NCBI GenBank assembly: GCA_007376395.1
Contig: VMGE01000004.1
Span: 6,431 to 70,430 of the forward strand
Source of the DNA: Microgenomates group bacterium Gr01-1014_5
GTDB taxonomy: Bacteria; Patescibacteriota; Microgenomatia; UBA8517; UBA10165
Direction of reading: 5' to 3'
DNA length: 64,000 bases
Shown here: positions 47,862-56,522 of the stretch, in pieces
How positions within the stretch are numbered: the first letter of the stretch is position 1
Layout: each line of letters opens with the position of its first letter
Notes under the pieces: generated by a model
The model's input: only the letters and a program-made list of their open reading frames with translations
Told to the model about the DNA's origin: nothing
Database searches by the model: none
Made by a program: the position numbers and the translations under genes

Positions 47862-48866
47862 ATGTCATTAAAAGTAGGAATAGTCGGTTTGCCAAATGTA
47901 GGGAAAAGCACATTGTTTAACGCTCTTCTAAAAAGGCAACAGGCATATGTTGCGAATTTTCCGTTTGCTACCATTGAGCCGAATGTAGGCATTGTTCCGG
48001 TTCCAGACAGTCGGCTCGACAAGCTCGCCGAGGTGATTAGTGATTCTTGGATAGTGAATGGTGAGAAGAAAAAACCACCCATTGTCCCCGCAACTGTAGA
48101 ATTTGTAGATATCGCAGGGTTAATTGCCGGAGCTTCCAAGGGCGAAGGGCTGGGGAATAAGTTCTTATCCCATATCCGCGAAGTTGACGCAATTTGCCAT
48201 GTTATCCGGCATTTCAAAGATAAAAATATTATTCAAACAGGAACTAATCCCAAAGAGGACTTTGAGATTGTCAAAACCGAATTAGATTTGGCAGACTATG
48301 AAATGGAAGAACAGCACAAAGAAAGAAATAAAGGAAAGGTTGACGAAAACCTACCCCTCTTTAAGAAGAAACCGATTTTAGTTGTGCTTAACGTTGACGA
48401 AGAGGATTTAATAAACGCAAAGAATATCGAGGCTGGGTTTGCGACTTCTGTGGGGCTTAATAAAGAGCAGGTGATTGCAATTTGTGCTAAAACTGAAGCG
48501 GAATTGGCGGATCTTTCAGAAGACGAACAAAAGGAATATTTAAGTGACTTGCGAATTGACAAACCGGGTTTGGAAAGGCTGGCGCAAAGCGCTTTTACCA
48601 CCCTTGGTTTAATTACGTTTTTAACCGCAGGAGAAAAGGAAGTGCGGGCTTGGACCATTCGGCGAGGTGCGACGGCTCTAGAGGCTTCCGGGGAAATCCA
48701 CACCGACTTTATGGCTAAGTTTATTAAAGCGGAAGTTGTGAAGTATGAGGATTTTGTAAATTCAGGAGGATGGAAGAAATCCCGCGATGTCGGTAAAGCC
48801 AGACTTGAAGGCAGAGATTATATCGTCCAAGACGGTGATGTGGTTGAATTTAAGATTGGCGCTTAG
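47862..48866 (+). CDS. ychF: ribosome-binding ATPase YchF (Obg-family GTPase)
   Basis: G1 [16 protein letters not shown]-terminal TGS domain (KARLEGRDYIVQDGDVVEF). Confidence 0.9.
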   Translation: MSLKVGIVGLPNVGKSTLFNALLKRQQAYVANFPFATIEPNVGIVPVPDSRLDKLAEVISDSWIVNGEKKKPPIVPATVEFVDIAGLIAGASKGEGLGNKFLSHIREVDAICHVIRHFKDKNIIQTGTNPKEDFEIVKTELDLADYEMEEQHKERNKGKVDENLPLFKKKPILVVLNVDEEDLINAKNIEAGFATSVGLNKEQVIAICAKTEAELADLSEDEQKEYLSDLRIDKPGLERLAQSAFTTLGLITFLTAGEKEVRAWTIRRGATALEASGEIHTDFMAKFIKAEVVKYEDFVNSGGWKKSRDVGKARLEGRDYIVQDGDVVEFKIGA

Positions 48867-48881
48867 TATAGTTAACTTGTT

Positions 48882-51116
48882 ATGCCAGAACCATCTGCCG
48901 ATACTCCGCAATTATCATTAAGAGACAGGCTCGAGAGAATTTTCCATAAACCAATGACGCGGAGAGAGGTTGTTGCCGCCGGAGCCGGGGCGGGTTTAAG
49001 TTTAATCGCAACAGGAGTTATTGGAGTCCCCAAATTTCTACAAATGGAGGCAAGCCTAGAAACTTCCCGGAAGGAAACAAACGAAGCAAGGGCAGGATTG
49101 GAAGAGGCTAAGGATCGGGTTGAAAAAGCTCAAGATCGGGCTCAACAAGCTCAGGAAGAAACAGCAGTTCTGCAAAAAGACTTGGAAAAAGTCAATCTTT
49201 CTGAGGAGAGAGCCAGGATTGTAGCTGATCAGGCCAAAATTGAGAAAATTGAGTCAGAAAAAGAGCGGGGTCTTGCATTAGAAGAAATGTCGAGATTATT
49301 CGTTAAAGATTATGATCAAAATGTAAAAGCATCAAATACATTGGTTGATACATATGTTTATGCTCAAGAGGTAAGAAAGTCGGGTGGTAATGCCAGTTCT
49401 TCAGGATTGGAATTGCGAATAGCCTTTGAAAGGGCATGGTTAATTCTTGAAAGAGGGGTTGCCTTGACTTCAGCTTGGCAAAGGCTAAAAGGGGAGAAGA
49501 ATCCTGTGGGTTTTGATAAAGACGGCAGATTGATAATTGAAGGAAAAAAACTGCAGGTTAACGAAGATGTGTGTGATTATCACCTAGCACTAAACCTTTT
49601 AAGGGCAAAAATAGATTTAGCAAGTAACAACGACTCTGACAAGCGGGCTTTGGCAGATGAAGATATTCAAAATCTCTTGCGTTTTATTGACATTCGTCCG
49701 AAAGTTGATATTGAAAAAACAGCATGGGCAGTTATGCCGCCTGACTGGGCAGGGGCTCTTGCGCGTTTTACGATCTTTTTAGACGAACGGAGAATTCCAC
49801 CACCCCAACTATATAGAATTTATCGCGATGTCCTCCTGGACGGGAGCCGATCCGGTGGGGGATTTTACGTCGGCGGTAAAGAGAAGTTCCCGCAGGCATC
49901 TCAGTTTTTACAATTGGGATCCCGTATGGATGCAACTGTTGTTTTCCACGAAGGGGGGCATTATATTGCTGACGCCTCTTCAATAAAAGAGAGATTAATT
50001 GGGGCCGGACGATTACAGGGGCATGCTGATTATCAGCGAGACTTTGATAGTCTGACAGCTAGAATGCAGAAAACTCTATTGTCTGCGGCTCGGAAGTCGG
50101 GAAAAAATTTAGGGGTATGGATGTCCAAAAGCTTTGTGAGCGCGTATGCCAGTTCCAATACAGCAGAAGATTTTGCGGAAACGTTTCGTGAGTTTTTAGG
50201 TTATGGCCCAGCTTTTAGAGAGAAGATAGAAAACCTGCGTAAAGAAGACCCTATTGCCGCATCTCTGCTTGAGGTTAAGTATGAATTTATGCGTGTTAAT
50301 GTGGCTCAGGGTGTTGAATATGGCATGAATGGTAGAAAAGCGGGTGCGCCTTTACTTTTTGAAGATAAAGAAAAGATAAAGGGTCGTAATAGTAAGTTAA
50401 ACTCACTTGCCTCATTACTTGAAGAAACGGGCAAGAGGTTTACAGAATATCTCTCCAGAGAGTCTGCTTTTAAAAATGCACAAGGTAAACTTGTGATACC
50501 GGAGTCTGATTTTGACCTTGATACCGCTCTGCTTGAGCCTAGAATTTGGAACGATATTATTGATTCGTTCAGAGGAGAAGTGATAGATGTATCTTCGGTT
50601 GTTCCTGTTCCTCATTATGAATTTCAAGGGGTAGCAGATATTGCCGTTAAATTAAAAAATGATAAAACAGTACGTTTAATTTTGGACACAAGAATCTCGG
50701 AAAGCGCCCAAAGTCTTATAAAATTAATTCCTGAATTTACAGACAAAGAGATCATTAAAACAAGAATGGTAAACAATGACCGCGGCCGTTTTTCTCAGGA
50801 GAGTTTGGATTATTTTAAGGCGCAAGGAGTTAAAAGCCCTCATGTTGCCTTTTCCGGAATATGGGAATCTTCTTATCCTCCAAGCCATGTCGACCGAGAA
50901 GGTGTGTTGTTTGTAAGATTTCAATATGAAAACGGGGAGTGGAAGCAAAAGCCGCTGGATGTACGCAGGACGAACCTTTTTATTAAGTCTGTGGCAGATG
51001 GGAAAGAAGAGGTTAGATCTTCCGGATATCACACTATAACTTTAGGAGAGAAAGATATCCTTTTTGGGTTTAATATAGACGGAAATCTTCGTGAGGTAAG
51101 AACCCACAATATTTAA
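48882..51116 (+). CDS. large hypothetical protein with twin-arginine-like N-terminus and an HExxH motif
   Basis: MTRREVVAAGAGAGLSLIATG signal-like segment. Coiled-coil. VVFHEGGHYIADA (HExxH) with a downstream AEDFAETFREF segment. Confidence 0.45.
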   Translation: MPEPSADTPQLSLRDRLERIFHKPMTRREVVAAGAGAGLSLIATGVIGVPKFLQMEASLETSRKETNEARAGLEEAKDRVEKAQDRAQQAQEETAVLQKDLEKVNLSEERARIVADQAKIEKIESEKERGLALEEMSRLFVKDYDQNVKASNTLVDTYVYAQEVRKSGGNASSSGLELRIAFERAWLILERGVALTSAWQRLKGEKNPVGFDKDGRLIIEGKKLQVNEDVCDYHLALNLLRAKIDLASNNDSDKRALADEDIQNLLRFIDIRPKVDIEKTAWAVMPPDWAGALARFTIFLDERRIPPPQLYRIYRDVLLDGSRSGGGFYVGGKEKFPQASQFLQLGSRMDATVVFHEGGHYIADASSIKERLIGAGRLQGHADYQRDFDSLTARMQKTLLSAARKSGKNLGVWMSKSFVSAYASSNTAEDFAETFREFLGYGPAFREKIENLRKEDPIAASLLEVKYEFMRVNVAQGVEYGMNGRKAGAPLLFEDKEKIKGRNSKLNSLASLLEETGKRFTEYLSRESAFKNAQGKLVIPESDFDLDTALLEPRIWNDIIDSFRGEVIDVSSVVPVPHYEFQGVADIAVKLKNDKTVRLILDTRISESAQSLIKLIPEFTDKEIIKTRMVNNDRGRFSQESLDYFKAQGVKSPHVAFSGIWESSYPPSHVDREGVLFVRFQYENGEWKQKPLDVRRTNLFIKSVADGKEEVRSSGYHTITLGEKDILFGFNIDGNLREVRTHNI

Positions 51117-51130
51117 AGAGAGTAATACAG

Positions 51131-51145
51131 CTTGCTAACCAGCCT
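51131..51145 (+). repeat. 15-bp direct repeat CTTGCTAACCAGCCT, left, overlapping the Fic stop codon
   Basis: 14/15 match to 52171-52185. Confidence 0.55.
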
Positions 51146-52109
51146 GGTAGTAAACACCTCTCGTCGTGCCTAGTTTTCGAATTAGCCGCTGGTCGGCTAA
51201 CTTTTTTAAGTCATAGCGTAAGGTTCTATCATTTACTTTGCTAAATCTTCTTTTAATTTGGTCAAAATTTACTAGCTTTTGCTCTTTTACGATGTTTAAA
51301 ATCTCTGCACGCCTAGGGAGTAAATAGTCTTCAGGGGTTAAATCTTTCTTTTTTAAGACTTGATCTTTTGCTTTATTTGCGCTCTCGGCTATTGCTTCAA
51401 GCATAAATTCGACATAATCTGTAACATCCTTTTGGCCTTCAGAGAGCATCGTATAGTATGTGCTTCTGTATTTATCGAGGTATTCCTCTATAGCTAAAAG
51501 CCCTTTCATTCCATAACCGCTCTTTTGTAAAGATAATTGGATTAATAATCTTCCGACCCTGCCATTTCCATCTAAAAAGGGGTGGATTTTTTCAAAAGAG
51601 TAATGGGCAAGTACAGCTCTAATTGGTACAAATTGTTCCTTTGGGCTGTTGGCAAACTTTATAAGCTTTTTTAGTAATCCTGGGATTTGTCTAGGAGGTG
51701 GCGGTATGTACACTGCAATACCGGCGGAGTTAAAAATAGCACTTACCTCGGTTCTGAATTTTCCGGGTGTATCGGTAAGTTTCAACATTGTGATTTTATG
51801 CATATCTAGAACGATACTTTGGGTAATATCGCGGAGCCCTTGTTTCTGAACCTTATTTAAGGCTTTTAAGATGTTAAACACTTCTTGCCTTTTTTGATCA
51901 GTTGAAGTTTTTCCTAACTCTTCAATTGTGAGCGGATTCCCCTCAATTCTTGCTGAAAAAAGGGAACTTTTTAACGTAGATTGGCGCCGGATATTGGTCT
52001 CTACTTCTGGTGGAATATTGATGGAGTCAATAACTTGTTTTGCAGCTTCAATTTGGCTTAATAACTCTGAAATTTTTGGGGTATGGATATACTTTGGAGG
52101 AATTAGCAT
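51135..52109 (-). CDS. Fic-family protein (second copy)
   Basis: IHPFLDGNGRVGRLLIQ motif. C-terminal wHTH. Confidence 0.8.
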   Translation of the reverse strand: MLIPPKYIHTPKISELLSQIEAAKQVIDSINIPPEVETNIRRQSTLKSSLFSARIEGNPLTIEELGKTSTDQKRQEVFNILKALNKVQKQGLRDITQSIVLDMHKITMLKLTDTPGKFRTEVSAIFNSAGIAVYIPPPPRQIPGLLKKLIKFANSPKEQFVPIRAVLAHYSFEKIHPFLDGNGRVGRLLIQLSLQKSGYGMKGLLAIEEYLDKYRSTYYTMLSEGQKDVTDYVEFMLEAIAESANKAKDQVLKKKDLTPEDYLLPRRAEILNIVKEQKLVNFDQIKRRFSKVNDRTLRYDLKKLADQRLIRKLGTTRGVYYQAG

Positions 52110-52170
52110 GATTTACCAGATATTACCAAATATATCCTAATATTACCAGATGTTACCCAAAATTCCGATT

Positions 52171-52185
52171 CTTGCTAGCCAGCCT
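52171..52185 (+). repeat. 15-bp direct repeat CTTGCTAGCCAGCCT, right
   Basis: See the left copy. Together they bracket the Fic gene and its promoter. Confidence 0.55.
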
Positions 52186-52209
52186 CGGAATTGGTATACT
52201 TCCATTTAG

Positions 52210-52629
52210 ATGAATACTTACGAATTAACAATTGTTTTGGCGGGTTCCATGACAGAGCCGAAGCAAAAGGCAGTTTTGGATAAAATTAAGAAAGCCGTTG
52301 CCGATTCTGGAGGTAAAGTCGACAAAGAAGATAGTTGGGGCAAAAAGCAATTTGCTTATCCTATAAAACACGAAAAAGAAGGCTATTATTTTTTCTTCGA
52401 GCTTACACTTCCTCCTGACCATGCCAACGGGATCAAGCGTTTAATTGAAAACGATGAACAAGTGGCGCGCCACCTCTTGATAGTAAAACGTGACAAGGTA
52501 CAAGTAACAAGTTCCAAGAAGGTAGAAACTCCGAATAGTGCAAGCACAGTAGCGCCAGAAACAGAAAAACAGAGTGTTGATAAAGAGAAAAAAGTGGTAA
52601 AATCTAAAAGGAAAGCAAGGAAAAAATAA
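52210..52629 (+). CDS. rpsF: 30S ribosomal protein S6
   Basis: MNTYELTIVL...YFFFEL. Basic tail. Confidence 0.9.
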   Translation: MNTYELTIVLAGSMTEPKQKAVLDKIKKAVADSGGKVDKEDSWGKKQFAYPIKHEKEGYYFFFELTLPPDHANGIKRLIENDEQVARHLLIVKRDKVQVTSSKKVETPNSASTVAPETEKQSVDKEKKVVKSKRKARKK

Positions 52630-53132
52630 TGGCGTCACGTTCTTTAAACAAAGTAATACTCATTGGTAATTTAACCCGGGATCCGGAATTGCGCTACACT
52701 CCTCAAGGAACCGCTGTTTGTACTTTCGGCCTTGCTACAAACCGTTCTTGGAAAACTGAAGATGGAACACAAAGGGAACAAACCGAATTCCACACAATTG
52801 TTACCTGGACCAGGCTTGCAGAAATTGTAGCTGAGTATTTAACCAAAGGTAAGCAGGCATACGTTGAAGGTCGTCTTTCAACCCGCGAGTGGGAAGGTCA
52901 AGATGGACAAAAAAGGCGCACGACAGAAATTATAGCCACAGAAGTTATTTTCTTAGGGTCACCGGGCGCGCGACCTGAGTCAATAGACGTTCCAGAGGAC
53001 TTGGGGATTAACGAGCAAAAGCCAGAAACAGAAACAGAGCCAGATACAGAGAAAGGGACAAAAGAAAAACCCGCAACTAAAACCAAAACTGAAGAAACAC
53101 CAGTTGTTGAAGGGGAAGATATTCCTTTCTAG
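52629..53132 (+). CDS. ssb: single-stranded DNA-binding protein
   Basis: LNKVILIGNLTRDPELRYTPQG OB fold. C-terminal acidic DIPF. Confidence 0.9.
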   Translation: MASRSLNKVILIGNLTRDPELRYTPQGTAVCTFGLATNRSWKTEDGTQREQTEFHTIVTWTRLAEIVAEYLTKGKQAYVEGRLSTREWEGQDGQKRRTTEIIATEVIFLGSPGARPESIDVPEDLGINEQKPETETEPDTEKGTKEKPATKTKTEETPVVEGEDIPF

Positions 53133-53203
53133 AGGCTAGAGAGCTGGAGGCTAGAGGTTAGATTCTAGCCTCTAATCTCTAATTATCTAGTAATCTAATT
53201 TTT
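53133..53203 (+). repeat. CTAGAGA/CTGGAGG heptamer-related repeat plus 8-bp-stem hairpin (AGGCTAGA..TCTAGCCT) and TAATCT repeats abutting the rpsR ATG
   Basis: Read directly. Confidence 0.7.
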
Positions 53204-53467
53204 ATGGCCAAGAAAAAAGACAAAGATAAAAACCGACCGCAAAGAGAAAAGCGCAAACCAGTGAACGAGGTTTGTCCTTTTTGTGAATCGCACAGGGCTC
53301 CTGATTACAAGGATGCGGTAAACTTAGACAGGTTTGTCAGTGAGCGCAGGAAAATTTGGAGCAGGGCGCGAAGCGGAGTTTGCGCCAAACATCAAAGGGC
53401 ACTTTCCCGGGAAATTAAACGGGCACGCCATTTAGCCCTACTTCCCTTCTCGCAAACTCCGTATTAA
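53204..53467 (+). CDS. rpsR: 30S ribosomal protein S18
   Basis: CPFCE...DYKDAVNLDRFVSERRKI. Confidence 0.9.
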   Translation: MAKKKDKDKNRPQREKRKPVNEVCPFCESHRAPDYKDAVNLDRFVSERRKIWSRARSGVCAKHQRALSREIKRARHLALLPFSQTPY

Positions 53468-53533
53468 TGCGTTAAAATAACTCTTGCTGATGTTCTTGTT
53501 ACTTTTTACTTATTACTCATAACTCTACTCTTT

Positions 53534-54751
53534 ATGAAGCTGACACTTCCCAAAATCCGGCTCTACACAATAATTCTCATTTTAATCGTTGTCTCTTTCG
53601 GCGGCGGTGTTTGGCTTGGGAAAAGGGATGTTTCTCTCCAAGCCGAAGGGCTAAAGTCTAAAATTACGATTAGCCGCAATATTCCCGAGCGGCACGCAGA
53701 TGTAGATTTCAATCTTTTCTGGGAAGTTTGGGATCGGCTTGAAGGTTCATACTTTGACAAGTCAAAAGTCGACAAAGCTAAAATGGTTTATGGCGCAATT
53801 TCAGGCATGGTTTCAGCAGTAGGTGATCCCTACACTGTTTTCCTTCCCCCTGAAGAACAAAAGAGAACGAAAGAGGACTTGGGAGGGGAGTTTGAAGGCG
53901 TCGGAATTCAGATAGGTTTCAAAGGCACCCAGCTTGCAGTCATTGCGCCTCTTGAGGGTACTCCAGCTTTTAAGGCGGATGTTAAGGCGGGAGATTATAT
54001 TGTTGGAATAAAGGATAAAAATAAAAATCTGGAACTAGGGACAGTTGGAGTTTCCTTGCCCGACGCTGTTAACGCGATCCGCGGGCCTGCAGGAACGGCT
54101 GTGGCCTTAATTTTAACCCGTGAAGGGGTAGACAAGCCGTTTGAGGTAGAAATTGTCCGCGAAAAAATTGACGTACCTTCAGTAATTCTGACAAAAGAAG
54201 GAGAGATAAGTCACCTAAAATTACTCAAATTTGGTGATCAAACTGATGGTGAATGGGATAAGGCAATAGCTAACATTAAAAAGCAAAATCCCAAAGGCTT
54301 GATTCTTGACCTGCGGAATAATCCCGGGGGATATCTCAACGGAGCGGTTACTGTGGCTGGAGAATTTATCACGCGGGGCAACGCTGTTTTACGCGAAGAC
54401 AGTAAAGGAACCCGAACCGGTATCGCGGTTAACGGTAAAGGTCAATTAATAAATACTCCATTGGTAGTGTTGGTGAATAAAGGAAGTGCTTCAGCGTCAG
54501 AAATTGTCGCGGGTGCTCTTAAAGATTACGGAAGAGCAAAGATTGTTGGTACTAAGACGTTTGGAAAGGGAACAATACAAGAATCTATTGATTTAGGGGA
54601 AGCTGGCATACACATCACTACCGAGCGCTGGCTGACACCAAACGGAACATGGGTAAATACAGTTGGACTCACGCCTGACGTGGAAGTTGAAGATGATGTC
54701 AAAACAGAGGAAGATGAACAAGTCGAAGCCGCGTTGCAGCTTCTTAAATGA
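53534..54751 (+). CDS. ctpA: carboxyl-terminal processing protease (S41)
   Basis: TM anchor. PDZ. LVVLVNKGSASASEIVAGALKDYGRAKIVGTKTFGKGTIQ. Confidence 0.85.
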   Translation: MKLTLPKIRLYTIILILIVVSFGGGVWLGKRDVSLQAEGLKSKITISRNIPERHADVDFNLFWEVWDRLEGSYFDKSKVDKAKMVYGAISGMVSAVGDPYTVFLPPEEQKRTKEDLGGEFEGVGIQIGFKGTQLAVIAPLEGTPAFKADVKAGDYIVGIKDKNKNLELGTVGVSLPDAVNAIRGPAGTAVALILTREGVDKPFEVEIVREKIDVPSVILTKEGEISHLKLLKFGDQTDGEWDKAIANIKKQNPKGLILDLRNNPGGYLNGAVTVAGEFITRGNAVLREDSKGTRTGIAVNGKGQLINTPLVVLVNKGSASASEIVAGALKDYGRAKIVGTKTFGKGTIQESIDLGEAGIHITTERWLTPNGTWVNTVGLTPDVEVEDDVKTEEDEQVEAALQLLK

Positions 54752-54821
54752 CAAATTATTCTAATTTCTAATTGCTCTAAAAGTTTAGAAATTAGGTCAA
54801 TTAGGTTAATTAAAAATCATT
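54752..54821 (+). repeat. TAATT/TTAGG periodic leader (..TTAGAAATTAGGTCAATTAGGTTAATTAAAA..) abutting the htrA ATG
   Basis: Read directly. Shares AATTAGGTCAATTAGGTTAATTA with 63.55 kb. Confidence 0.7.
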
Positions 54822-55970
54822 ATGCTTATAAAAAAATACCTGCTTCAAACGGCCATAATATTTGTAATCCTGGTTGCAGCTTTGGGAGGAGCTGTCTCTG
54901 ATCGTCTTTTTGGTCTTCGCCCTTTAGATTATATTTTCCCCAGGTCTGCCACCTCTGATACAGGATTTCAAGCCATAACCGAGCGTCAGGTGATCAAAGA
55001 GGAATCTCTCGTTATAGAAGCGATCAAGAAAGCTTCACCTGCCGTGGTAACAATTTCAGTCCAGACTCCGAAGAGGAAGGTTTTACAATTCAATCCGTTT
55101 GGCGGTTTGGACGTACGCGAGCAAGGAGGCGGACAGCAGGACTTGGCAACGGGATTTATCGTCTCTGCTGACGGACTTTTGGTTACCAATAAACACGTAG
55201 TGTCCAACTCAGAATATAAATATATTGTTATTGATAAAGACGGAAAGGAATACGAAGTCAAGAATATTTACCGCGACCCGGCCAACGACCTGGCACTTTT
55301 GAAGATTGAGGCTACGGGTTTACCTATAGTTGAACTTGGCGATTCTGAAAATTTGCAGGTAGGGCAGACTGTCGTGGCTATCGGTACGCCTTTGGGCGAA
55401 TTCCGCCAATCTGCGACATCCGGCATTATCTCGGGTTTGGGGAGGGGAATTGATACAGGTAATCCGTTTGAAGGATATGTAGAGCGGCTGGATAACATTA
55501 TCCAAACTGATGCCGCTATTAACCCCGGCAACTCGGGTGGGCCGCTTTTGGATAGCGGCGCGCGCGTAATCGGGATTAATGTTGCAGTAGCCGCGGGGGC
55601 GCAAAACATTGGGTTTGCAATTCCGATTAATGTTGTCAAAACTTCAATCGAACAATTCCGTCAAACTGGTGAATTTGCCAGGCCATTCTTAGGAGTACAG
55701 TACCAAATCATTTCAAAGGAGGCGGCTCTGGCAAATGATTTGCCGCAAGGAGCTTACGTGCGGGGTGTGGTTGACGGTTCGCCGGCAGCGCTTGCTGGAA
55801 TTAAAACAGAGGATGTAATTACAAAATTCGGTGGGGAAAAGATTGATGCTGAAAAAGGAGGACTTGCACAATTAGTAAATAAACACAAAGCAGGAGATGT
55901 TGTCCAGGTAGAACTATGGCGTAATGGCAAAACTCAAACTCTCCAAATCATCCTCCAAGAAGCAAAATAG
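54822..55970 (+). CDS. htrA: HtrA/DegP-family serine protease with PDZ domain
   Basis: Catalytic H (TNKHVV), D and GNSGGPLL. C-terminal PDZ. Confidence 0.85.
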   Translation: MLIKKYLLQTAIIFVILVAALGGAVSDRLFGLRPLDYIFPRSATSDTGFQAITERQVIKEESLVIEAIKKASPAVVTISVQTPKRKVLQFNPFGGLDVREQGGGQQDLATGFIVSADGLLVTNKHVVSNSEYKYIVIDKDGKEYEVKNIYRDPANDLALLKIEATGLPIVELGDSENLQVGQTVVAIGTPLGEFRQSATSGIISGLGRGIDTGNPFEGYVERLDNIIQTDAAINPGNSGGPLLDSGARVIGINVAVAAGAQNIGFAIPINVVKTSIEQFRQTGEFARPFLGVQYQIISKEAALANDLPQGAYVRGVVDGSPAALAGIKTEDVITKFGGEKIDAEKGGLAQLVNKHKAGDVVQVELWRNGKTQTLQIILQEAK

Positions 55971-55984
55971 GCTATAATCCTCAC

Positions 55985-56518
55985 ATGACTACACCAGAAA
56001 GAGAATCTGTAAGGTTTAAGTCCAGACAGATTACAGCCTTGAACGACCTTGTTAATGAAGTTGCTGAAAATAATGCAGGTTTATCTTCGAATGATATTGA
56101 AAGAGCGTTTGTTTACAAACTGCAACGCGCTCTTGGCGTAGAAAGACTAGAGAGTTTGCCGTTACATGACGAGAAGATCATAACAGTTGGCGGCATAACT
56201 CTTTATCCCGAAAGAGGTATTGTGATCTTGCCAGACGGAACGAGAAAAGACTTCTCTAGACAAGAGGTTAGATTTTTATGGCCTTTAATTTCTAATCCCG
56301 GAAGGGTTATTCCGTACAATTTAATTGCAAAGTCTATGTTTGGAAGAACTCGTTCGATTGGGGATTTTGCAATGGGTGATTTGAGGGTTTATGCGCAATA
56401 TGTACGAAAAAAGATTGGGGATTGTCGTATTAGCAGTTCAGGATCAGGTGCCAAATTTCGCTATATCAATTCAGTTATGGGCCACGGTTATATTTTTACG
56501 CCAGAGAGCGAATTATGA
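55985..56518 (+). CDS. OmpR/PhoB-type winged-helix DNA-binding protein without a receiver domain
   Basis: FSRQEVRFLWPLISNPGRVIPYNLI...LRVYAQYVRKKIG...VMGHGYIF. Confidence 0.5.
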   Translation: MTTPERESVRFKSRQITALNDLVNEVAENNAGLSSNDIERAFVYKLQRALGVERLESLPLHDEKIITVGGITLYPERGIVILPDGTRKDFSRQEVRFLWPLISNPGRVIPYNLIAKSMFGRTRSIGDFAMGDLRVYAQYVRKKIGDCRISSSGSGAKFRYINSVMGHGYIFTPESEL

Positions 56519-56522
56519 ATAG

